Source of the DNA: an uncultured virus (IMG/VR IMGVR_UViG_3300017971_000213)
Taxonomy: Duplodnaviria; Heunggongvirae; Uroviricota; Caudoviricetes
DNA: 64,000 nt
Direction: 5' to 3' (one strand)
Virus record (IMG/VR): IMGVR_UViG_3300017971_000213
Location: 62,001 to 126,000 of that record
Part shown: piece by piece, positions 9,168 through 18,724 of the stretch
Position numbering within the stretch: position 1 is the first letter of the stretch
Layout of the letters: the number at the start of each line of letters is the position of its first letter
The notes under the pieces: model-generated
What the model saw: the letters and a program-made list of their open reading frames with translations, nothing else
The model's database searches: none
Told to the model about the DNA's origin: nothing
Translations under genes and position numbers: made by a program

Positions 9168-11708
9168 TCATGACTGAGTGGCGTTGTTGGCTACCACCGA
9201 AGAAGTACCCCACTGGGAAGACGTGGCGGTCTCGGACATACCGTCATTCGATCCCGAGTCTTGGTACATGGAGTTCCCGACTACCGACCACAGTTCGGGC
9301 TTACCATTTGTTCCCGTCTCAGCCGTTAGGCCGTGGCAGTACCTCTTGTCGTCACCATCGAAGAAATTGCCGTTGGCGCTCCCCCCGATAGCGTAGGTCG
9401 CCGGGTCGGCACCACTCTCAAGGAGGTAGATGCCGTGTCCGTCAGAAGTCGCGGTTCCGTGGATACCGGTGAAGCGGTTGCTGTTGACAACGGTACCCTT
9501 GAGTTCATCGCTGTTCGCGTCGATGTAGTACACGAGTACGCCAACGCGAGAAGTGTTGTACAGAGCGAACTCGTTCCCCACAATCCCACAACGAGGTGCG
9601 TAGACTTCGACCAAGCCCTCTGTAGGCGTCCCCGTGGTCTCGAAACCGATCCTACGGCCATGTAGGTAGTTTCCATTGATGGTCACGTCGGGCTGACCCA
9701 CGTAGACGAGCGGAGCGGTGTTCACCCCTGAGTTCGAGACCCTTTCGAGATGGTTCCCCTCTATGAGGTGACGCCCACAGTCGAGCCCTGAGTCGGACTC
9801 GATGTAGACGCAACAGCCATCGTCCACGTCCCCTCCGGTATCGGCTCTCAGGTAGTTACCCGTGATCAACCAACGGTAGGAGTCCTGCGGGATGAAAATA
9901 CCTGCACCCGCCGAGCTGTTGTTCGTCGGGTAGCTGTCGACTTGGTTGTTGAGGATGTCGATGTTCGAGCACCGGCCCACCGTGTGGTCCCCTCGAACGA
10001 ACCAGTTGGCCGAGCACTGGATGCCCTTGTTGTTCGCTATGGTGAGGTCTTCGACGTCGTCCAAGAAGAGCAGACAGCAATCCGTAGCAGCAGGATTCAC
10101 CCGAAGATTGGCAGCAAACGTGCAGTTCGACACCATGCTCCCTTGCGCCCCTGACGAGAACTTGATGGCGTAGGGAGGAGAAGAAGTGGTGCTGTCCCAC
10201 GCAGACGAAGCAAACCGAACGTTCTCGAAGATCACCTGATCAGTGACCTCCAAGTAGTTGTTGGCGTTGTTGGTGTCCAGGCTGATCGTTACCGTAGCTG
10301 TCGAACCGAAGCGGGTCGAACCCATGACCCTCGTGTTCCCTCGAACCTGAAGGACGCTAGTATGGGTCAACGAGTAGGTGAATGACGGATCAAGGATGAC
10401 CGTATAGTTGCTCGTCGAGTTCAAGTACGTCGCCAGTTCCGTACCGTCTCTGGGGAAGACGATGCGTCTCTGAATCTTGAGAGTCCCTGCGTGGTCCCCG
10501 CTCAGAATCGTATTGGAGTTCCGAACAACAGAAAAATCTCCAGTAGAGTCCCCGCTATCATAGGTCAGCGTGAGGTCGTCGTTTGCATCAACAGAAAAAT
10601 CATCTCCGGAAGTGAGAGTGATGCTACCCGCACCTGCCGTGGTCTGGTTCAGGTCTTGACCACTGACAGGTGTGATGTCCACCTGCCCTGCTGTGGTGAT
10701 CGCGAAGATATTACCGCTCGCCCGCTGCAAGGAAAACGAACCGGAACTGCCCCCGTAGTTCCACGTCGTAGAACCCCCCAGCGTAACGAGCGCAAAAGCA
10801 TCGCTACCAGAGATCTTAAAAGCTCCTCCACCCACTCCGATTTGAATATCGCAATCACCACCCCCAGAAGGATTAAGAATAAGATCTTGGCCCGAGACAG
10901 GGTACGCAGCTACCGACCCCGTAGAGCTGCAAGTGAGAACACCCGTACCGTTCCTACTAACCGTGAATTCCTCGGTACCAGTATCATTAGCCCGATAGTC
11001 TAGTAGAATGGAACCCCCCGCATCCAGTTCCACATTTGCAACAGAAGAGGCATCGGTTCCCGCGTGTAGCTTAACTAGACCGTCTACGGTGCGAAGTAGT
11101 ATGGTACCGGTGCCTGAAGTATCCAAACCGATCCAGCCATCGACGTCGACATCGAAATTGGCCCCGGCATCGATATCCACTGTACCACTCGCAGACGCCA
11201 ACAAGATGGTGCCGGAACCCGAGTTGAAGTTCATGGCACCGCCGTTCGAGACGGTCACGTCGAAGTCTTGGCTGAGCGGAAGGTCGAAAGTGACGCCACC
11301 GCTCTGGTTGAAGGTCAAGAGGGTCACGTTGTTGCGCTTCACCAGAAGCTCACCCGCGCCCTCGGTATTGTTGTAACTGAAAGAAGTGGTCAGGCCCGAA
11401 CCAACATCGATACCGGCTGAAGTACCGAGCTTGATCGAATCAGCGCCTGTCCCCTCTGAGAAGATTTCGACCTTCTGAGCACCGCCGCCCGCAACCCCAA
11501 GCTCAAGGTTCGAACCGGAGTTGTCGACGAGGAACTTGGAAGTAGCGACCCCCGTTAGCTCGACCGCGCCTCCTGAACCGAGATCGACGGAAGCAGAACC
11601 TCGTACCAAACCGCCGAGGAGCGCACGATCCGACTCAGCGAGACGGACCCGTGTCAACTCCCCGGCAGAAGGACTAGAAATCGAACCGTAGAGGTACCTG
11701 TCAGCCAT
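9168..11708 (-). CDS. Tailspike/fibre with parallel beta-helix (pectate-lyase-like) domain
   Basis: Repeated IxxNx(F/L) beta-helix motifs in the C-terminal half; G/S/T-rich beta repeats in the N-terminal half. Confidence 0.7.
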   Translation of the reverse strand: MADRYLYGSISSPSAGELTRVRLAESDRALLGGLVRGSASVDLGSGGAVELTGVATSKFLVDNSGSNLELGVAGGGAQKVEIFSEGTGADSIKLGTSAGIDVGSGLTTSFSYNNTEGAGELLVKRNNVTLLTFNQSGGVTFDLPLSQDFDVTVSNGGAMNFNSGSGTILLASASGTVDIDAGANFDVDVDGWIGLDTSGTGTILLRTVDGLVKLHAGTDASSVANVELDAGGSILLDYRANDTGTEEFTVSRNGTGVLTCSSTGSVAAYPVSGQDLILNPSGGGDCDIQIGVGGGAFKISGSDAFALVTLGGSTTWNYGGSSGSFSLQRASGNIFAITTAGQVDITPVSGQDLNQTTAGAGSITLTSGDDFSVDANDDLTLTYDSGDSTGDFSVVRNSNTILSGDHAGTLKIQRRIVFPRDGTELATYLNSTSNYTVILDPSFTYSLTHTSVLQVRGNTRVMGSTRFGSTATVTISLDTNNANNYLEVTDQVIFENVRFASSAWDSTTSSPPYAIKFSSGAQGSMVSNCTFAANLRVNPAATDCCLLFLDDVEDLTIANNKGIQCSANWFVRGDHTVGRCSNIDILNNQVDSYPTNNSSAGAGIFIPQDSYRWLITGNYLRADTGGDVDDGCCVYIESDSGLDCGRHLIEGNHLERVSNSGVNTAPLVYVGQPDVTINGNYLHGRRIGFETTGTPTEGLVEVYAPRCGIVGNEFALYNTSRVGVLVYYIDANSDELKGTVVNSNRFTGIHGTATSDGHGIYLLESGADPATYAIGGSANGNFFDGDDKRYCHGLTAETGTNGKPELWSVVGNSMYQDSGSNDGMSETATSSQWGTSSVVANNATQS

Positions 11709-11731
11709 GAAAGCTCCTCAGAGCTTCTGGC

Positions 11732-14700
11732 CTAGACGAGGGTCGGCTCGCCAATGGCCAGAACGATCTCGTGCGAAGTGGTAGCACCGGAATCACCGGT
11801 CGCCCAACCCAACCTCTGAACCACATCCCCCGACGTACTCGGAGCGGTCGTGGTGGCACACCCGGCGTTGGTGTCCAGGTACACCGCATCACCCGCCGAC
11901 CACGTCTCCGAAGCGTTCGAAGTAACGTCGACCACACCCGTGGTGGCGATCTCAGCATCGTCACCGCTGGCCGTGGTGGCCCCGGTCACGCAAACACCAC
12001 AGAGACCGTACTTCTTGTTCGCATCGTTGGCGTCCGCAACCGAAATGATTCCATTCGTCCCCGAGTTGTACGCCGTGACAGGCTGACCTGCCGTCAGGTC
12101 CTCGTCCGGCTGCGCGTACCAAGAGGTGTACTCGTCGGTAGCGCCACCCTTCAGCTCGTTGAGAGCGCCAACGATAGAGGTCGCAGTAAAGGCAGCATCC
12201 AGCCCGGTCGTTCCCGACTCAGAAATCGGGATGGCAGCAGAGAGGTGCTGATCGTTGAGAGTGAGTTCTCCCGCAGAAGCCAACAGCAGCGTCCCGCTAG
12301 TCAGCGTACCCAGCGTGAGGTTGGCCGACGTCGTCTGGAAGGAAGAAGCCGAACCACCTGCGATGGCTACGCTTGTGCCGCTGCCAGCGTGGCCGATGCT
12401 AACCGCAGCGTCGTAACCAGACGGCTGGATGTTGAGCGCACCCGATCCGGTAGATCCTGGGCGCGCGGCAATGTTTACCGTGGCATTTCTTGTTGAGACA
12501 ACGCTAGCATCGGCAATGAGATTGACCGAAGCGTTCCCCGCAGTAGCACCTGCCCGGTTATGCGCGATCAGGTCCAACTGCGGCGAGTAGGTCGCATCGT
12601 TGCTTGAGGCAATCGTCATGATCGGACCATCTGTGGCACTGGCAACAAGGCGAATGTTGGAGTAGGTTCCCCCCAGCCGAATCGCGTCACCGCTAATGTC
12701 GCCACAGATGACCTTCAGAGAACCGCTACCCCCAGAAGTCGGCCCTGTAACTGTGAAAGCCCCGCTCGATAGGTCCATTGTGGCGCTGTCAACATTCACA
12801 TCGAGAGTCACTGAATGCGCGGCATCGCCAATCTTAACCTCACCGTCCTGCACGTCCTGGATTCGCACCTGTGCGTCACCTGTACCGCCGCTATGGGCGT
12901 ACATCAGGATCTCGGCATTGTTGTTCGTTCCGTTGCTACCGTTGGAAACCAGCGTCAAACGAGGAGTGATACTTGTAGTACCAACAGTAACCGCACCGAC
13001 CTGCATGTTCGGCACGTAGCTGCTATCCGTTCCGTAGTTCGCGACGATGAAATCTGTGGCATCAGCGTCCGCAACCGAAGAAACCCGGCGAGACGTACCA
13101 GACAGGTAGACCGAGGCACCGTTGTTCGTGTTGTTGTCTACAACCAACCCATGCTTATCGTTGGTATCATCGTTCTGGGTCAGGGTGAGGACGTCCACAT
13201 TCTGTGTATCCGCCACAGAGAACGCAATCGCTCCATTGGCCGAAGTCGCCGCGATGGTGTTGTCGTCCTCGTAGGCGTCCTGAAGACCGACAGCCCCCGC
13301 ACTTGCGTATGCCTGGTTGACCGCATTGATGAGGCTGACCTCACCGAAGTTCGTCTCGAAGGTGTCCCACTCACCGCTCGTGTCGGTGAACTTCATTGCG
13401 GTGCTGTAGGTGCTGCCGCTTCGATTTCCGTCATCCAGCGTGATCTCGCCAGCAGCGCCAACAGTAATGTCGCCGCTGGTAGCCGTGGACAGCCCAAGCG
13501 TACCGCCAGTCACTGAGATGTTGGAAGCTGTTCCGTTACCGACGATATTGAACTCGACGTTGGCGTTCGAGGCGTTACCGATATTGATGATACCGGCGTC
13601 GGTAGCCTGGATATTGACCTCTGCATCACCAGTACCGTCCACCTGGGCGTAGATGTTGACCTGTGCGTCCGCTGCCGCATCAGAAGATGCCTGGGAATCC
13701 GCACCGATATTGATGGTCGCATCGTTAGCAGAACCCGTGAGAACACGACTGAGCAGATTCAACCGAGGAGCCACTGTGGTGGTGCCGTAGGTGGCGACGA
13801 TCATCACATCGTCTTCGGCATCAGCTACCGTCCCGATTGTACGCTGTGTGCCCGTGAGGCCGATGGCGATACCCGCGTTGTCACTACAGTCGACGATCAA
13901 GGCCGCGCCATCATTACTCGTGGCGGGTCCGTTGATCTTGAGTGCGCTGTTCTTCAGCGTGATTGTGCCCTCATCCAGATACGCCGTGAGTGTAGAGCCT
14001 GAACCGGCAACAAACGTGAGGTAGTACGCATCTCCAGTATCCCAATCGTTCTGCGCACCTCCAGAGAGGGTAGCCGTAACCGTAGTGGAAGTGTTCGCCG
14101 TGACCAATCCGCTGGAGCCATCCGTAGTATTGTACACCCTCAGCCCAACAAGTTCGTTAGTGTCCCAATCCTGTGCACTGTCGGTCAGCACGGACGCATC
14201 ATCAGCGCCTGTGTGCGTACCGCTGTCGCGGAAGCCGATCTGAATGTCCTGCGCCGTCGAAGTGTCCGCGAGGTAAATGTCACCACCAGCGGACAAGCGC
14301 AGATCGCCACTTGTAACCGTACCGACACTCAAGTCTCCACCAGTGACCGAGATCCCGCTGTTGGCAGCAGCACCCTGAATGGAGAACTGCTTGGTCCCAC
14401 TATTGTCACCGATGCGAACGGTACCGTCATTGTCCTTCTGGATCTCGACCGCAGCGTAGGCGGCAGCAGAGGCATCCGCGAATACTTTTGTGGTGGCGGT
14501 CTCTCCAGAGTTGTCGTTCTTCGACTCCACCTCCATCAGAGCAGCACCAGAGGTTGCACTACCGAGAACGCGCGCCGTGATCTTGTTGTCTGCGCCCTGT
14601 GTACCGGAAGCAGCAAACGACCCAACGACCAGTTCGCTGTTGCTAGCGTCGGCAATCGTTCCGATACGACGATTCGACCCTTCGAGAGTCAGCGCGAGCG

Positions 14701-15772
14701 ATGTAGCCTGCGATGCGCTGTTGTCGATCAGCACCGCATGATTGGTCCCGCCATCCTGCGTGATCGTGAACGGACCAGCCGTCATGTTCATAGCTGCATC
14801 ATCGCAATCGAAGTCGAAGGAACCGCCGCTTGCGTTGAGCGCGATGCCTCCAGAACCAGACTGAATCGTCGTCGTCGTCGTCGTGTTGGTCGAGCCGATG
14901 GTCAGAGTGTTCGCCACTGCGCCAGTACCGATGTTGATCGTCTGCGCGACGGCATTAGCTCCAATGTTGATAGTCGAAGCGGTCGACTCGATGTCGACGG
15001 TCGGGGCCGTCATGGTGATGGTCCCTGCCGCCGTGACCGTCATGTCCTCCAGCACCGCATTCACGCTCAACTGATCGGCTGCCGGCGTCTCGTAATCCCA
15101 ATAGTCACTTTCGAGAGCGTTGTTCGTGGTAATACGATGCTTCGCCGCTGTATTCTCAGTCAGCTCGAACTGAAGGTCGCCCGTCCCAGCCGCGACAAGG
15201 ATGTCCTGCCCTTGGGTATACGCCTGCTGGAGACTGTTACCCGCAGATGTTCCAGCAGTCTGCCACGTGGCACCGTTGTACCACTGGAAAGCGCCCGCTC
15301 CGTTAACTCGGACAGCGCCCGTTGCCAAATTGGCAGGAGCATCGTCAGAGTCGGGAAGGATCAGAACAGACTCCGAATCGGCAGTACGGTCGAACAAGAC
15401 ACTCTTGTCCTGTGCGACATCCATGTCGACACGGAGATTGACATCAGTGTCACCACTCGCATCGGCAGTACCGATGTTGACGACGTCAACAGCCGTATCG
15501 TACGCACCGCCGAGGGTGATGGTATCGCCGTCTCCGTCACCGAACTGGACGGTACCGCTGTTCACGGTCAGAGTACTGCTATCGAGCAGAGTCACCGTAC
15601 CAGGAAACTGAACCTCCTGACCGGTACGACCGATGGTGATCGTGGTGGCGTTGGTGGTACCGATGTTCAACGCCGCAGCAGACGAAGCATCCAGACTACG
15701 CGCGTTGAGGACGTCAGTGGCCTCGATGAAATTCCTTACTTGCCCTGAGGGCCTTACCAGCGGTAGAACCAT
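11732..15772 (-). CDS. Large virion fibre/structural protein (1346 aa)
   Basis: G/T/S/A/D-rich beta repeats, four internal repeat modules, C-terminal capsid-cement-like domain (GDAVYL...VVQRLG). Confidence 0.7.
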   Translation of the reverse strand: MVLPLVRPSGQVRNFIEATDVLNARSLDASSAAALNIGTTNATTITIGRTGQEVQFPGTVTLLDSSTLTVNSGTVQFGDGDGDTITLGGAYDTAVDVVNIGTADASGDTDVNLRVDMDVAQDKSVLFDRTADSESVLILPDSDDAPANLATGAVRVNGAGAFQWYNGATWQTAGTSAGNSLQQAYTQGQDILVAAGTGDLQFELTENTAAKHRITTNNALESDYWDYETPAADQLSVNAVLEDMTVTAAGTITMTAPTVDIESTASTINIGANAVAQTINIGTGAVANTLTIGSTNTTTTTTIQSGSGGIALNASGGSFDFDCDDAAMNMTAGPFTITQDGGTNHAVLIDNSASQATSLALTLEGSNRRIGTIADASNSELVVGSFAASGTQGADNKITARVLGSATSGAALMEVESKNDNSGETATTKVFADASAAAYAAVEIQKDNDGTVRIGDNSGTKQFSIQGAAANSGISVTGGDLSVGTVTSGDLRLSAGGDIYLADTSTAQDIQIGFRDSGTHTGADDASVLTDSAQDWDTNELVGLRVYNTTDGSSGLVTANTSTTVTATLSGGAQNDWDTGDAYYLTFVAGSGSTLTAYLDEGTITLKNSALKINGPATSNDGAALIVDCSDNAGIAIGLTGTQRTIGTVADAEDDVMIVATYGTTTVAPRLNLLSRVLTGSANDATINIGADSQASSDAAADAQVNIYAQVDGTGDAEVNIQATDAGIINIGNASNANVEFNIVGNGTASNISVTGGTLGLSTATSGDITVGAAGEITLDDGNRSGSTYSTAMKFTDTSGEWDTFETNFGEVSLINAVNQAYASAGAVGLQDAYEDDNTIAATSANGAIAFSVADTQNVDVLTLTQNDDTNDKHGLVVDNNTNNGASVYLSGTSRRVSSVADADATDFIVANYGTDSSYVPNMQVGAVTVGTTSITPRLTLVSNGSNGTNNNAEILMYAHSGGTGDAQVRIQDVQDGEVKIGDAAHSVTLDVNVDSATMDLSSGAFTVTGPTSGGSGSLKVICGDISGDAIRLGGTYSNIRLVASATDGPIMTIASSNDATYSPQLDLIAHNRAGATAGNASVNLIADASVVSTRNATVNIAARPGSTGSGALNIQPSGYDAAVSIGHAGSGTSVAIAGGSASSFQTTSANLTLGTLTSGTLLLASAGELTLNDQHLSAAIPISESGTTGLDAAFTATSIVGALNELKGGATDEYTSWYAQPDEDLTAGQPVTAYNSGTNGIISVADANDANKKYGLCGVCVTGATTASGDDAEIATTGVVDVTSNASETWSAGDAVYLDTNAGCATTTAPSTSGDVVQRLGWATGDSGATTSHEIVLAIGEPTLV

Positions 15773-15807
15773 TTGCTACTCCTCTCCTGGAATTCTTCTC
15801 CGGCCCA

Positions 15808-16137
15808 CTACAGCTCGATGTGATGGGTCAGATTGTTCGCCACGACCTCGAAAGGCCGAAGATCTGCGTGATCTGCATGCTCGTAGAACTGGTTGGACGC
15901 TTCGGGCTCACCTTGCGCCCGAACCATCAGCTTCGGAACCCGTGGAGGGGCATACTGCTCCAGCTGAGCCTTCACCAGGTCGTCCTCCGTACGGACGATC
16001 TCCCCGGCGTGGATGTCGAGGTTCCGATAACCGGAACGGGTGAACACCTTGAGACGTAGCATCGGAGTACCGTTGTCGTCATGCAACAACATATCCGGCA
16101 ACCCGTCGAAGCTGACCCTGAATTTCTTGACCGTCAT
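15808..16137 (-). CDS. Hypothetical protein
   Basis: 109-aa ORF with GGAGG RBS. Confidence 0.65.
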   Translation of the reverse strand: MTVKKFRVSFDGLPDMLLHDDNGTPMLRLKVFTRSGYRNLDIHAGEIVRTEDDLVKAQLEQYAPPRVPKLMVRAQGEPEASNQFYEHADHADLRPFEVVANNLTHHIEL

Positions 16138-16147
16138 TCGCGCCTCC

Positions 16148-16822
16148 CTACACCGTCGTTGCCAAGGTGGGGTTCACCACCAAAGTCGTAGTCGAACGTG
16201 CCACCCCAACGAGCTGCTTCACCGTGGCCGTACCGGGGATCGCAATCTCCAGGACAGCAGCCCCCGCGTCCCCCAGATAGTACTCAGACCCCGCAGTGAG
16301 GCCGGACAACCCCGCAACCTCCGCTCGATAAGCGATGTCGCAGGTCGTGCCACCCCCGTACACATTGATGACCATGCCGTCAGCGCGCAGACCCGCCGTG
16401 GCGTCCGCCCACGTCACCGTATCTGCACCGTTGATGTGGGCCAACTCCCCCACGACCATCCCTGGAGGACACGTGAACCCAAAACCGAGGAATCCCGCCG
16501 AGGACGCCGTCCGGAGATCGTAGCTATTCCCGAGATCATCAGTGTAGATGATGGGGAAACCGGGACCACTGGAGTTGTCCACCCAGAGAGAAGGAGATCC
16601 AGGAGTCCCCGGATTCGAGGGGTTCCCGAGAGGATCGAACTCCAGCCCTCCGGTACCGACAACAAGCGAGTTGTCGACGTTGAGCTTGGCCTGGAGGGCC
16701 ATGACAGCAGAAGCTAACGAATTAGGGTGGTTAGCCCACACGATGTCGACGTTGTCGATCTGGGCGACCGAGAAATTGTCGAGAACCGTCGGATACCCCG
16801 CAGGGTAGGGCCAAAACGCCAT
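16148..16822 (-). CDS. Virion structural protein, capsid-cement-like C-terminus
   Basis: GLTAGSEYYLG...VGVARSTTTL motif; RBS and late-type promoter upstream. Confidence 0.6.
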   Translation of the reverse strand: MAFWPYPAGYPTVLDNFSVAQIDNVDIVWANHPNSLASAVMALQAKLNVDNSLVVGTGGLEFDPLGNPSNPGTPGSPSLWVDNSSGPGFPIIYTDDLGNSYDLRTASSAGFLGFGFTCPPGMVVGELAHINGADTVTWADATAGLRADGMVINVYGGGTTCDIAYRAEVAGLSGLTAGSEYYLGDAGAAVLEIAIPGTATVKQLVGVARSTTTLVVNPTLATTV

Positions 16823-16900
16823 AGCTATACCTCACTCCTCACGGCAGGAGCAAGTATACCCTACGATCCGTTGGGATTCTTAAAGTTGGAGTACGTCCCT

Positions 16901-17761
16901 TTAGAGACCGTACGTGGCAGGATCGATGGGACCCGTGTAGGGCTTCGTACCCCGGATGGCCCGGTGGAAGTACTTGCCCGCCGAGTCCTCAGTGAAGAAG
17001 CTCTCAAACTCGTCAGCGCTAACACCGGTATACCGATACATGGTCCGTGGCGTGTTGCGCTTGGCTTTGAAGATGATGTATAGGAGGTTCTCCTCAGGGT
17101 CGTACCCCACCTGCTCCAAGTTCGAAGACTCGATGGGGATCATCTCGGGGATCTCCCTGACGTCGCCAAACGCCGCCGGAGGAGCCTCCTCCTCGAACGG
17201 CGGCACCACCTCAGGCTCTGGCTCACCGACCGGGACACGTGGTTCCTTCACAGGCTCCTCCTGTACGGGTACCGGAAGTTCCGGTGCTGGCATCGGCGGC
17301 ACGCCACCGCCAACGAACTCCTCAGGCTCCGTCGAGTACATCTCCTCCGTACCCGGCTCCTTGTAGGGAAAAACCTCACCCGCATAGTCCTTGTACCCCT
17401 CAGGAGCACCGGTACCCCACCAGTCCTTGACCTTGTCCTTGACGTTCTGCCACCACTGAGCGTCCTTGTGCATGGCGGCGTAGACAAGCCTCCCCTCCAC
17501 GTCACCCTCAGTGAGACCCGTAGCCCCTACAAGAGTTCTACAAACGGGGTTCGAAGACAAAAAATCCCGGACAGCCTCCGAGGCCTCCCTGTGCCCGGTA
17601 CGCGGACCGATGTTGAGTTCCGCGAGAGCCATCGTGAACGGGTAGCGCTCCTCCTCGGAGAGCTGTTGAAGCAGATCCTCATAGTGCTGCTGACGCAGGA
17701 TACGGTCCTTGCCCGCTGAGATCTTGGCAGATTCTATGGCTTCATCCAGAGTGATCATCAT
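16901..17761 (-). CDS. KTSC-domain protein
   Basis: C-terminal IESSNLEQVGYD...LYIIFK...YRYTGV...SAGKYFHRAIR. Confidence 0.8.
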   Translation of the reverse strand: MMITLDEAIESAKISAGKDRILRQQHYEDLLQQLSEEERYPFTMALAELNIGPRTGHREASEAVRDFLSSNPVCRTLVGATGLTEGDVEGRLVYAAMHKDAQWWQNVKDKVKDWWGTGAPEGYKDYAGEVFPYKEPGTEEMYSTEPEEFVGGGVPPMPAPELPVPVQEEPVKEPRVPVGEPEPEVVPPFEEEAPPAAFGDVREIPEMIPIESSNLEQVGYDPEENLLYIIFKAKRNTPRTMYRYTGVSADEFESFFTEDSAGKYFHRAIRGTKPYTGPIDPATYGL

Positions 17762-17915
17762 GCTCCTCCGTCTGACAAGTGCCGAACCACTCCCCGCACA
17801 GGTCGGGTCGGCAGTAGGGTTCCTTGCGGTTATAGCACGGAGGAGGTTGCTCGATCTTAACTTGACGAGACTTTCCGTCGACCTTGATCACTTCCACCGG
17901 TTTACGCTTGGCCAC
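17743..17915 (-). CDS. Small Cys-rich protein (MAKRKPVEVIKV...CYNRKEPYCRPDLCGEWFGTC)
   Basis: GAGGAGG RBS, GTG start, fills the gap; not in ORF track. Confidence 0.5.
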
Positions 17916-17982
17916 CTACACCTCCTCGGCGCACAAGAGGGCCTACACGTAATATACAGGAAGTAGCCAGACGGGGCAGCTT

Positions 17983-18636
17983 CTAGACGAAGATGCCTTC
18001 GATGACGAGCTTCATCTTGCCGGAAGTGCCGCTGTCGGCACCAGCGACCTTGGCGTACAGAGTCGCGTTGTCGGCCAGCATCGCCGCAGCCGCCACCGGA
18101 GGAGTCACGTTGGTGTAGAAGCCCTCGCCGGCCGCGTCCACCAGGACACCCTGGGCGTTCAGCAGATCGGTACCGCCACTCGTGGTAGCCAGGTTCAGAG
18201 TCGCGTCCCCGACCAGCGAGTCGTCCTCGGTGCACACGTAGACGTACCGGGTCGGAAGGAAGTACCCGGAGCCCGTCCCGCGCAGCTGGATCTCGTACTC
18301 GGTCGTGGTGTCCTTGAGATCGATGTCGACCTGCACCGCGCCGGCACCCTTCTCGGACTGGTCGACCACGCCGTCCTGATCGAGATCGTACAGCGAGCCA
18401 TCCTGGACCGCCGACATCTCGCTAGCTGCGAGGATGCGGCCCGTGGCGCTCCCCACGCGCACTTCGATCTTTCCGCCCGTGATGAAGGTCGCCGCGTCCT
18501 CGCAGAAACGCTGATTGCCGATCACCTCGCGAACCGCGACCTGATCAGTCTCGTTGCTCGACACGCTGATGCTGGGGACGCCGCCATCCCCGGAGAGGCT
18601 AACATTCGCAGCCAGACCCTTGATGTAGAGATCCAT
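17983..18636 (-). CDS. Virion structural/decoration protein
   Basis: N-terminal module shared with the proteins at 25989 and 35215; late-type promoter upstream. Confidence 0.6.
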   Translation of the reverse strand: MDLYIKGLAANVSLSGDGGVPSISVSSNETDQVAVREVIGNQRFCEDAATFITGGKIEVRVGSATGRILAASEMSAVQDGSLYDLDQDGVVDQSEKGAGAVQVDIDLKDTTTEYEIQLRGTGSGYFLPTRYVYVCTEDDSLVGDATLNLATTSGGTDLLNAQGVLVDAAGEGFYTNVTPPVAAAAMLADNATLYAKVAGADSGTSGKMKLVIEGIFV

Positions 18637-18724
18637 TTTCGTCCCCTTTCAATCCTGTCATAGGGAGAAGACTCCCTGAAACACAAGGGCAGTATAGCAC
18701 GCTCGATTTGGGATTCTTAAAGAC

